Origin: an uncultured Thermoanaerobaculia bacterium
GTDB lineage: Bacteria > Acidobacteriota > Thermoanaerobaculia > Thermoanaerobaculales > Sulfomarinibacteraceae
DNA: 64,000 bases
Reading direction: 5' to 3'
Assembly (NCBI GenBank): GCA_964440565.1
Contig: CAYTTB010000006.1
Coordinates: 3,199 to 67,198, forward strand
Of this stretch, positions 39,401 through 46,191 are shown piece after piece (the first letter of the stretch is position 1; each line of letters starts with the position of its first letter). Below the pieces are notes generated by a model. That model had not been told where the DNA came from and ran no database searches. It saw only the letters and a list, made by a program, of their open reading frames with translations. Position numbers and translations under genes: made by a program.

Positions 39401-40994
39401 GCGGCGAGGGCCCGGTGACCCCGGAGCACACCGCCGTCCACGGGCCCGTCGCCGAGGCCCCGCGCTCGAAGGTGGTGCTCCCGTCCCCGTCGCTGTCCCC
39501 GTCGAACGGGGCCTGCACCGTGATCTGGCTGCACGAGTCGGCGGCAGCGGTCGCCGTGCCCACGGTGGTGCCGGGGACGGGCGCAGTCGGCGTGTGCGGC
39601 CCCGTCTCGCTCCCCACGGAGTAGTTCCCGCAGCCGTCGCGTGAGAAGATCTTGTAGTAATACCCGACACCGTTGACGAGACCCGTGTCGGTGAAGCTCG
39701 CGCCCGCGCCGACGTAGACCACCGTCGCGGTGCCGATGGTCTGCCCCGCGGTGTAGGTGGTCCCCTCCGCCGGCGCGACCCCTATCGAGACCGTGTCGCG
39801 GAGGATGAGGACATCGGCGAAGTCGGCGTCCCCCGGGTTGGTCCACGAGAGCGAGACCTGGCCGTCGCCCGGGGTCACCGTGCCCCACGTGGCGTCTCCC
39901 GGCGACAGGTTGTCCACGGTGATCGTCCCGTCCGTCGTGTCGTTGTACCGGACGGTGTTCGCGAGCGCATGGGCGATCCCGGTGACGGACGCGGTCACGG
40001 CGTACGCAGCGCCGGGCGGCGCGGGCATCGCCGCGTGTGTCCTGGGCACGACGTAGATCCGGTACGGGGTCGGGGTCCCGCTGGGCGCACTGAGCGACAG
40101 ACCGCTCACCGTCCACTGGTCGCCGCTCGGCGTCGTGGTGCTGCCGAGCACCGTGGTGCCGCTGCCGTCCCGGACCTGGACCTCGCCCACGCCCGCCGAC
40201 GTGCCGGCGGCGAGGGTCACGGTCACGGCACTGATCGTGTCCGCCGAACCCGCCGTGACCGAGAGATCGAACCCGTCCGCGAAGAGCGCTCCGTCACCGG
40301 GGCACGCCGAGGCGGAGGGCGCCTTCGCCGTGCCGTCGCCCACCACCGTCTCGGGCGTCACCGGCGTCGGGAAGCGGACCCACGCGTTGGCGCTCTCCAC
40401 CTCGAACTGGAACGCGTAGTCGCCGTTGTTGTCGTAGTTCACCCAGTACTCGATGACGAGGTAGTCGTTCGGCCCGAAGGTGTAGGAGGTCGTCTGGGTG
40501 GACAGGATGTTCTCGGAGTAGGTGCCGGTGCCCGTCGCGAAGTTGAACGTCCCGGAGACGGAGAACAGCAGCGTCCCGGACGTTCCCGTGCTGGCCCGGA
40601 ACACCCGCGCCTGGACGGTGGCGGTTCCTCCGGCCTGGTACTGGGTGACCCGGATCTGCCAGTTGAACGCCCAGTCCCCGGCGGGGATGACCCCATCGAT
40701 CGGGCTGGCACTCGCCCATCCGTACTGCGGGTTGGCACCCTGGGTGTCGGAGCCCAGGTGGTCCTGCCCCGGGTAGAAGAGGTAGGTGGTGCCGGGCCCC
40801 TGAGCCGGTGCCGCCACGAACAGCCCGGTCGTGAGGTCGGCGTTGTTGCCGGCGGTGGCGCTCATCTGCCAGTACTTCGTCCCGAAGGCGTGCTGGCTGT
40901 TTCGCAGGTAGAGCGTCGTCTGCGCGCCGGCGATGCTCGCCGTGCCGAGCAGGAGCAGCGCGAGCGCGATCCCGTGCGAGCCGCGGCGGATCAT
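36498..40994 (-). CDS. giant exported FN3/Ig-domain multiheme c-type cytochrome (13 CXXCH + 1 CX3CH)
   Basis: 1498 aa from ATG 40994 (ATGA overlap with the upstream stop). Signal peptide MIRRGSHGIALALLLLGTASIAGAQ. About 780 N-terminal residues are heme-free beta-rich modules (FN3-like, Ig-like). The C-terminal ~700 aa carry CLDCH, CLTCH, CEVCH, CVGCH, CSVCH, CVNMCH (CX3CH), CVSCH, CTKCH, CYNCH, CLDCH, CFKCH, CSDCH, CANCH and CYSCH. Confidence 0.9.
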   Translation of the reverse strand: MIRRGSHGIALALLLLGTASIAGAQTTLYLRNSQHAFGTKYWQMSATAGNNADLTTGLFVAAPAQGPGTTYLFYPGQDHLGSDTQGANPQYGWASASPIDGVIPAGDWAFNWQIRVTQYQAGGTATVQARVFRASTGTSGTLLFSVSGTFNFATGTGTYSENILSTQTTSYTFGPNDYLVIEYWVNYDNNGDYAFQFEVESANAWVRFPTPVTPETVVGDGTAKAPSASACPGDGALFADGFDLSVTAGSADTISAVTVTLAAGTSAGVGEVQVRDGSGTTVLGSTTTPSGDQWTVSGLSLSAPSGTPTPYRIYVVPRTHAAMPAPPGAAYAVTASVTGIAHALANTVRYNDTTDGTITVDNLSPGDATWGTVTPGDGQVSLSWTNPGDADFADVLILRDTVSIGVAPAEGTTYTAGQTIGTATVVYVGAGASFTDTGLVNGVGYYYKIFSRDGCGNYSVGSETGPHTPTAPVPGTTVGTATAAADSCSQITVQAPFDGDSDGDGSTTFERGASATGPWTAVCSGVTGPSPRVCVDTGLTEGTTYYYRVTFADPDGVSGTNPQVVGPVTTPACTVNDTTIVANSAVVSACRQITVTGDFTGDEDGDGSMAVEYNTTNAWPGTTACAAVTGPSPRVCLVTNLTPGTQYWLRVTYTDPDGVTGTNPEVLGPYTTPACGADTAAPTIVFLVPAEGAVVGGTEVAKVQVYDEGGLAGGSAVRWRLDGGSWSTAVTASANYDCGPSCTVYEITLDTTVLAGGFHRLEVEATDAAGNVARAGRGFKVANAGGRPAGGGTLLRRTHGSQICLDCHNIPTHSSQRTGGNYGSWAVDCLTCHTPHGTTNIYLIREQLRTPSSGVKTVVFRQDDRAGATNPASGGYLGASLTDYSDGICEVCHTKTNHYRNDTSGGDHTHNQATRCVGCHPHSNGFAAGESKGRADCSVCHATIWEGMTGAVPKTSRHALGNVREVNDSFQDSGVSWTAPLDTVAPADRSCVNMCHTDHVHNTPGSTTHEYDVHTDASTAASRSVARDSGGLVTAGSPARTDFDAGAGSGGMCVSCHRNAVATGRPAIDAATFAASAHNYTANAYGTWTYTLHDGSTFDRNCTKCHANRTDGFPDASGTGLGAVHFSDYPKLLAGSINPAGTPADFICYNCHGNGTKGQDLSGKDLATVMAKTVAHPVEADTVHDTVAEQGAGYNDGTYSGASRHVSCLDCHAPHAAGPTRHDWSATATASRNQIAADSPLKGVSGVSFAYAGLANFQGTTASNFTPVNEATYEYEICFKCHSSFAFGVNPPNGISANGSQANAPETDVAQEFNPNNRSFHPVVATTGSGPNTTPLAAAQLKAPWNTNPGNQTMMCSDCHDNDDTAAGAVQGPHGSAAQFLLRGPNTAWPNLQLNQYDQSFCANCHVNVNNVHSKGDHNRTSIRCYSCHIVIPHGGKMSRLIGDRDSAMPPRYAYNGDLNTMQIQSFTKASAYNNYNKRNCQAACTGNHRRAATENWN
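38970..39569 (-). repeat. tandem ~100-aa FN3-like module duplication inside the giant cytochrome
   Basis: Two adjacent units (39276..39569 and 38970..39275). Each carries an acidic DG(D/E)GS motif (DGDSDGDGS / GDEDGDGS). Both then share the block TGPSPRVC(V/L)..(G)LT.GT.Y..RVT(F/Y).DPDGV(S/T)GTNP.V.GP.TTPAC. Confidence 0.6.
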
Positions 40995-42013
40995 GGGCCG
41001 TCCTCCGTCTGCGTGTTGCCGTCCGCGTAGTGGACCCCGTGGCAGCTCAGGCACTGCACCCGGCCCGCGGCATCGAGGAGGTAGTCGTCACTCGCGATGC
41101 CGTCGCCCCCCGCCCCCTGGACGGAGCCGTCGCCGTCGAGCGGCGCCGTGCGATCCCACCCGTGGCCGTTGCTGCCCAGCGCCACCCCCACCGGGTGGCT
41201 CTTCACCGACCCGTCGTAGGTCTCCACCGCCGTGTGATCCATGGCCCACGCGCGGTGGCAGTCGCGGCAGAACCGGCTCCCCGCGGTGTTGTCCCCGGTG
41301 TCCAGCGGCACCCTCAGGAACGGGTAGGATGCCGTGAACCGCCACCGCTCGCCCACCGCGTAGGTGCCGGAGCCGAAGGTGATCGTGACCCCGCTGTCGA
41401 GCGCGATCGGGGTGCCGATGGTGATGCTCCTGTCGGGGAACCAGGTGGCGCCCTCGTCCTTGGAGTACTTGAAGCTCGAGTCCGCCACCGTGATCTCGAT
41501 CAGGTACGAGACACCGGACGCCCCGGTGTACGATCCACCCGCGGTCACGGTGCCGGTGCTTCCCAGGGAGGTCAGCCTGGCGACGGCACTGATCCTCGCG
41601 CGGCCTCCGTTCGCCGCCGAGGCCGCGTGCTGGTTGTGGCAGGTGGAGCACACGATGGAGCCCCCGTACACCCGCAGCGCCATCTCCTGGTTGGCCGGGA
41701 GCTGGGTGCCGACCGTCGGGTTGACCGCCGCCACCCCGTAGGCGTGGGAGATCCCGCTCTGCCCCAGCACGGCCATGTCGCCCGAGTTGATGGGCAGCGC
41801 GGAGGCGGTCCCCGTGGGGTTGTGGCACGACTGGCAGAGGTTCACGTTGCCGGCCACCGACGTGAGCGTCACCCCGGGGGCCGAGTGTCCCGTGTGGCAC
41901 GAGTCGCAGTCCATCCCCGCGCCCCAGTGGGGCGGATCCACGGCGGCCGCCGGTACCGAGACCGCGAGCGCCACGATCCCGACCCACACGCCTCGCCGTG
42001 CATGCGCCATCAT
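40991..42013 (-). CDS. pentaheme c-type cytochrome with a central non-heme beta domain
   Basis: 340 aa from ATG 42013 (MMAHARRGVWVGIVALAVSVPAAA signal). CXXCH motifs: CDSCH, CQSCH, CSTCH, CRDCH, CLSCH. A ~110-aa heme-free insert lies between hemes 3 and 4. The upstream part of track ORF 40991..42268 is junk. Confidence 0.85.
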   Translation of the reverse strand: MMAHARRGVWVGIVALAVSVPAAAVDPPHWGAGMDCDSCHTGHSAPGVTLTSVAGNVNLCQSCHNPTGTASALPINSGDMAVLGQSGISHAYGVAAVNPTVGTQLPANQEMALRVYGGSIVCSTCHNQHAASAANGGRARISAVARLTSLGSTGTVTAGGSYTGASGVSYLIEITVADSSFKYSKDEGATWFPDRSITIGTPIALDSGVTITFGSGTYAVGERWRFTASYPFLRVPLDTGDNTAGSRFCRDCHRAWAMDHTAVETYDGSVKSHPVGVALGSNGHGWDRTAPLDGDGSVQGAGGDGIASDDYLLDAAGRVQCLSCHGVHYADGNTQTEDGP

Positions 42014-42015
42014 GG

Positions 42016-44619
42016 TCACACCCCCCGTCTCGAGAGCACCGCCACGCCCGCGGCGGCGATCAGCAGCACGAGCAGCGCCCTCCCCGCCGGGCCCTGGACG
42101 GGTATGCCCGTGGCGGTGACGCCCGTCCCCTCGACGTACGCCACGTCCGGGCTCGACGGGGCGTCGCTTCTCACCTCGAGCACGGCGGTCCTGGTCCCCT
42201 CGGCGGTGGGCGCGAAGACGATCCTGAGCTCGCACGACCCACCCGGATCGAGCGTCCGGCCCGTGCACCCGTCCGCCGCCACGTCGAAGTCAGCGGGCTC
42301 GCGGCCGGAGAACGTGACCGCGCCGAGGTTCACCGCCGCTCCACCCACGTTCGAGACCGTCAGCACCCGCTCGAGCGACCTCCCGCCCACGGGCACGGCC
42401 CCGAAGACCACGACGCTCGCCGACAGGTCCAGGGAGGGACCCGCGATCACGCCCCGTCCGGCGAGAGCCACGGACACCGAGCCGGCCGGGGCGGCGAGGG
42501 CGATGCGGAGCGACCCCGCCCAACGGCCCGTCCCCTCCGGCCGGAAGCTCACGGACACCGAGCACACGCCGCCCGCCGGCACCGTACCGCCGCAGGTGGA
42601 GCCCACCACCCGGAACGGGGCCGCTGTCGCGACCTCCGACACCGCGAGCGGCCCCGCGCCGACGTTCCGGAGGTTCACCACCAGCGGAGCGCTCTCCACG
42701 CCCACCTCCTGGGGCCCGAAGTCCAGCGCCTCGGGCAGGGCCAGCGGCTGCCCGGCCCCCACCGCGGCGCCGTACCCCTCGAGCGCCACCGTCTGGGGCG
42801 TTCCCGGGGCGTCGGTGCGGAACGCCAGGGTCCCCTCCCGGGCGCCCGGCACCGCCGGCACGAACGTCACCGCGACCGTGCAGCTCTCGCCGGGGGCGAG
42901 CTCCCACGGGCAGGTGCCCGACACACGGAAGTCGCCCGTGGCCTCGACCCCGAAGAGGGCGAGCGGCGCCGACCCGGCGTTGGTGAGCGTGACCTCGCGC
43001 GGCCCGCCCACGGCCCCCACCGCGACGCTGCCGAAGGCGACCGCCGTCGGGTTCACGGCAGCGGCGGGAGCCGCGAGCTGGGTGTCCGAGAGGCGGAACA
43101 CCTCGAGCCGCCCGGTGTTCGCCGAGGCCACCACCAGCCGGCCCACGTCCTCCGCCACGGCAGCGTCGGTGGGCGTCTTCAGCTCGCCCAGCTCGTCACC
43201 GTACGTGCCCAGGATGTCGCGGAGCTGCCCGTCGAGGGTGAAGCTCTGCACCCGGTCCTGGAATGCATCCGCAGCGAACACCAGCCCGCCCGCGCTCGCC
43301 ACCGCTCCCTCGAGCTGGCCGAACTCGCCGGGCCCGCCCCCGAGGCCGCCGAACGACCCCAGGTACGTCCCGGTGCCGTCGTACCGGCGCACCACGCCGG
43401 CCACCGTGTCGGCCACGGCGAAACCACCTCCCGGAAGACCCTCGACGTCACGGGCCCCGAGGAGCTCGCCCGGCCCGCTTCCGTAGCCGCCGAAGCCGAA
43501 CAGCGCCTTCCCGGCCTCGTCGAACACCACGACCCGCCCACGGTCCCCGTAGAGCACCGCGTACCGGCGGCCCGTCCGGTCCACCGCCACGGCCAGCGGC
43601 GACACCGACCCGTCGCCCGGGTCCAGGTCACGCACCGGCCGCCCGAGCCGGTTCACCACCCTCGCCCCCGACGGGGTCGCCAGCACCAGGTTGCCGTCCC
43701 AGTCCACCTCGAGGTCGTGGACCGGCCCGAGCGGGAGAAAGGTCACGACCTCGCCCGAGGCGAGCCCCACCACCGCCACCCCCTCGAGCCCGTCGTCGGC
43801 GACGTACACCAGGCCGCCGGGCCCCGCCGCCACCCGGTGGGGCGCCACCAGCCCCGCGCTGATGAACTTCTCGGGCACGGCGTCGGTCACCGCCACGCCG
43901 ACCGTGGCGGTCGCGATCCCTCCGTTGCCGTCATCGGCGGTGCAGGTGACGGTCACGATCCCAGGGGTGGCCGGGGCCGAGAGCTCCGCGGTGAACGACC
44001 CGGTGGGGGTGATCGTCCCCGCATCGGCCGTCCACGTGAGCGTGACCGGGTCGCCGTCCGGGTCCGACACGGTCGCCGTGATCACGCTTGTCCCGCCGGG
44101 CAGCACCGCCTGCGGATCCGCCACCAGCGCGTCGAACACCGGGGGCTGGTTGCCGCCGGTGGTCACCTGGATCTGGAGGGTGGCGGTGGCGGTCTGCCGC
44201 CCGCCGCAGAGGAAGGTGCCGCTGTCGGCGATGTCCACCGTGATGGTGTAGCTCCCCTCGACGGCCGGCGCCTGCCAGGTGGCGGTGGTGGTGTACGGAG
44301 AGGCGGAGACACCGGGGTCGATGGCGGTGAACGTTCCGCCCGAGGCCGACCACGATGTGAGGTCGGCCCGGATGTACAGTCCACATCCGCTCGTACACGT
44401 GCCGGTGCAGTCGGGGTCGTGGGCGTCCAGCACCAGCGACACCGTGCCACCGGGAGCCACGGACGGCGGGCTCGCGGTGAACGCGTCCACCACCGGCGCC
44501 GCCGCGCGCGCCACCCCCGGGGCGGCGAGCAGCGGGGCCACGATCCCGGCGGCCAGGACGGCGCGCGGGATTCTCCCCAACTCGACCGGCGGAATGCGAA
44601 AAATTCCGCGCTTCGCCAT
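42016..44619 (-). CDS. exported multidomain surface protein: Ig/PKD-like domains + NHL-type propeller + three ASH/choice-of-anchor-D-like beta-sandwich repeats + C-terminal hydrophobic anchor
   Basis: 867 aa from ATG 44619; the 5' 503 codons of track ORF 42016..46128 are antisense to the kinase gene. Signal peptide present. Ig-like modules (TATVSDPDGDPVTLTWTA). NHL-like blades (GSGPGELLGARDV, GGGPGEFGQLEGAV, DRVQSFTLDG). Three repeats of the type FG.V.VG......L.N.G...L........F......C.....PG.SC...V.F.P. The tail reads IPVQGPAGRALLVLLIAAAGVAVLSRRGV. Confidence 0.8.
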   Translation of the reverse strand: MAKRGIFRIPPVELGRIPRAVLAAGIVAPLLAAPGVARAAAPVVDAFTASPPSVAPGGTVSLVLDAHDPDCTGTCTSGCGLYIRADLTSWSASGGTFTAIDPGVSASPYTTTATWQAPAVEGSYTITVDIADSGTFLCGGRQTATATLQIQVTTGGNQPPVFDALVADPQAVLPGGTSVITATVSDPDGDPVTLTWTADAGTITPTGSFTAELSAPATPGIVTVTCTADDGNGGIATATVGVAVTDAVPEKFISAGLVAPHRVAAGPGGLVYVADDGLEGVAVVGLASGEVVTFLPLGPVHDLEVDWDGNLVLATPSGARVVNRLGRPVRDLDPGDGSVSPLAVAVDRTGRRYAVLYGDRGRVVVFDEAGKALFGFGGYGSGPGELLGARDVEGLPGGGFAVADTVAGVVRRYDGTGTYLGSFGGLGGGPGEFGQLEGAVASAGGLVFAADAFQDRVQSFTLDGQLRDILGTYGDELGELKTPTDAAVAEDVGRLVVASANTGRLEVFRLSDTQLAAPAAAVNPTAVAFGSVAVGAVGGPREVTLTNAGSAPLALFGVEATGDFRVSGTCPWELAPGESCTVAVTFVPAVPGAREGTLAFRTDAPGTPQTVALEGYGAAVGAGQPLALPEALDFGPQEVGVESAPLVVNLRNVGAGPLAVSEVATAAPFRVVGSTCGGTVPAGGVCSVSVSFRPEGTGRWAGSLRIALAAPAGSVSVALAGRGVIAGPSLDLSASVVVFGAVPVGGRSLERVLTVSNVGGAAVNLGAVTFSGREPADFDVAADGCTGRTLDPGGSCELRIVFAPTAEGTRTAVLEVRSDAPSSPDVAYVEGTGVTATGIPVQGPAGRALLVLLIAAAGVAVLSRRGV

Positions 44620-44645
44620 CGGCAGGCCTCCCCCCTCCCGGTCCG

Positions 44646-44661
44646 TGCAACCAGGATGCCA
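44646..44661 (-). promoter_or_regulatory. sigma-54 (-24/-12) promoter of the 12.6-kb minus-strand cytochrome operon
   Basis: The minus strand reads TGGCATCCTGGTTGCA (TGGCAT-N5-TTGCA). It is followed by CGGACCGGGAGGGGGGAGGCCTGCCG and ATG 44619, so the promoter, RBS and start codon are all in register. Confidence 0.75.
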
Positions 44662-44721
44662 GAGCGCGCGCCCCGGCGCCACCCCTCCGCAGCGGGCGTA
44701 CAATCGTCCTCCGGAGGGGGC

Positions 44722-46191
44722 GTGGAGAGAAGCCAACCCAGCACCGGCCGCGCATGGCGGCTTCCGTGGCCGCCGCGGACCGTGTTCGTCGTGATCCCCC
44801 TCCACCTGGTGGCGTTCCTGTTGCTCTACCTCGGCGTGGTCCAGCTCGCGCTGAACCAGGTGACGGTGGCCCACGAGCAGGACATCAAGGTGATGATCCG
44901 GACGGTGGTCGAGGAGCTCCACCCCGCCATGGTGTGCGGCGACGCAGAGAAGGTCCGTGAGCGGCTCGCCCAGTACGTCGCGGCGCACCGGCTGCTGGCT
45001 CTGGAGCTGTACGACCGCCGGGGGCGCCCCCTGGGGCCCACGGCGCGGCAGGACCCCGAGGTGCGGGCGTTCCTCATGGCTCCGGAGCACGAGTCGTACC
45101 GGGTGATCCGCGCCGCGGGCTCGTCGGTGCAGCTCGCCCTGATGCGGATCACGGCGGAGGAGCGGTGCGCGCCCTGCCACACCCCCGGCGAGCCGCTCGG
45201 GGTGGCCTCCGTCGCCCGCGACCTGCGACACGAGCTCGCCGAGACGAAGCGCCGCCTCCGGGTGCACGCGGGGCTCCTCACCGGCGGCTGGATCCTCCTC
45301 GTGGGTCTCCTGAACCTCGTGCTGTCGCGGGCCGCCCGGCGGACCGTGCGGTCGCTCGCCGCCGGCGGCGAGGATGCCAGGCCCTCGCTGGCCATGGACC
45401 CCGTGGCCCTGGAACTCTACCGCTCGCTGCGCGCTACGCTCCGGGCCCGGCGCGAGGAGCGGCGGCGGATGGACGACCACCTCCAGCGCACCGACCGTCT
45501 CGCCACCGTCGGCACCATCGCCGCCGGGATCGCGCACGAGATCAAGAACCCGCTGGCCGGCGTCCAGGGGGCGCTCGAGCTGCTCGTGGAGGAGTGCCAG
45601 GACCACGACCGGCGCGACCTGTTCGAGCGAATGCTGGAGGAGATCCGGCGGGTACAGCGGACCGTGCAGTCGTTGCTCGCCTTCGCGCGGCCCCGGCCCG
45701 TCCAGCCCCGCGTGGCGGACCTCGGCGCCCTGCTGGCCGACGTCGCCGCCCTGCTCGAGCCCGCCTGCCGGCGGCAGGGGATCGAGCTCCGGACCCGCGT
45801 CGCGGCGGGCACCGGAAGCTTCGTGCTGGATCCCGAGCAGATCCGGCAGGTGCTGGTCAACCTGGTCACCAACGCGATGGAGGCCACCGGCCGCGGTGGC
45901 ACCGTCGAGCTGTCGGCGGCGCCGCTCCCGGAAGGTGACGGGGTCGTGCTGGCGGTGCAGGACGACGGCCCGGGAGTCGCCCCGGAGGTGGCCGGACGGC
46001 TGTTCGAGCCGTTCGTGACGACGAAGCTGCACGGCACGGGGCTCGGTCTCGCCGTGGCGCAGCGGATCGTGGAGGAGCACGGGGGCGAGATTCAGGTGGA
46101 GAGCACGCCGGGCCGGACCATCTTCCACATCGTCCTGCCGGCCCGGAGGGGAGGGGAAACGGATGCCGCTGATCCTGATCGTCGAGGATGA
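44722..46191 (+). CDS. sensor histidine kinase (NtrB-like) with a CXXCH heme-c motif in the extracytoplasmic sensor domain
   Basis: In the frame of ORF 41998..46191. TM1 is VFVVIPLHLVAFLLLYLGVV. The ~130-aa loop contains ERCAPCH (45166..45180). TM2 is LLTGGWILLVGLLNLVL. H-box GIAHEIKNPL, N-box VLVNLVTNAME, G-boxes DDGPGV and GTGLGL. Start is uncertain (GTG 44722 after GGAGGGGG; alternatives ATG 44656 and GTG 44782). Confidence 0.85.
   Translation: MERSQPSTGRAWRLPWPPRTVFVVIPLHLVAFLLLYLGVVQLALNQVTVAHEQDIKVMIRTVVEELHPAMVCGDAEKVRERLAQYVAAHRLLALELYDRRGRPLGPTARQDPEVRAFLMAPEHESYRVIRAAGSSVQLALMRITAEERCAPCHTPGEPLGVASVARDLRHELAETKRRLRVHAGLLTGGWILLVGLLNLVLSRAARRTVRSLAAGGEDARPSLAMDPVALELYRSLRATLRARREERRRMDDHLQRTDRLATVGTIAAGIAHEIKNPLAGVQGALELLVEECQDHDRRDLFERMLEEIRRVQRTVQSLLAFARPRPVQPRVADLGALLADVAALLEPACRRQGIELRTRVAAGTGSFVLDPEQIRQVLVNLVTNAMEATGRGGTVELSAAPLPEGDGVVLAVQDDGPGVAPEVAGRLFEPFVTTKLHGTGLGLAVAQRIVEEHGGEIQVESTPGRTIFHIVLPARRGGETDAADPDRRG

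Noticed and set aside
42019-42108. Calling the C-terminal tail of the surface protein a genuine PEP-CTERM or MYXO-CTERM signal
   Set aside because: The general format (short motif, hydrophobic helix, Arg-rich end) is present. However, the diagnostic PEP tripeptide or Cys-containing MYXO motif is absent, and no exosortase is in the window. I report it only as PEP-CTERM-like.
44620-46128. First 503 codons of track ORF 42016..46128 (minus)
   Set aside because: It is antisense to the histidine kinase gene, whose H/N/G boxes are unambiguous. A signal peptide, an RBS and a sigma-54 promoter all point to ATG 44619 as the true start.
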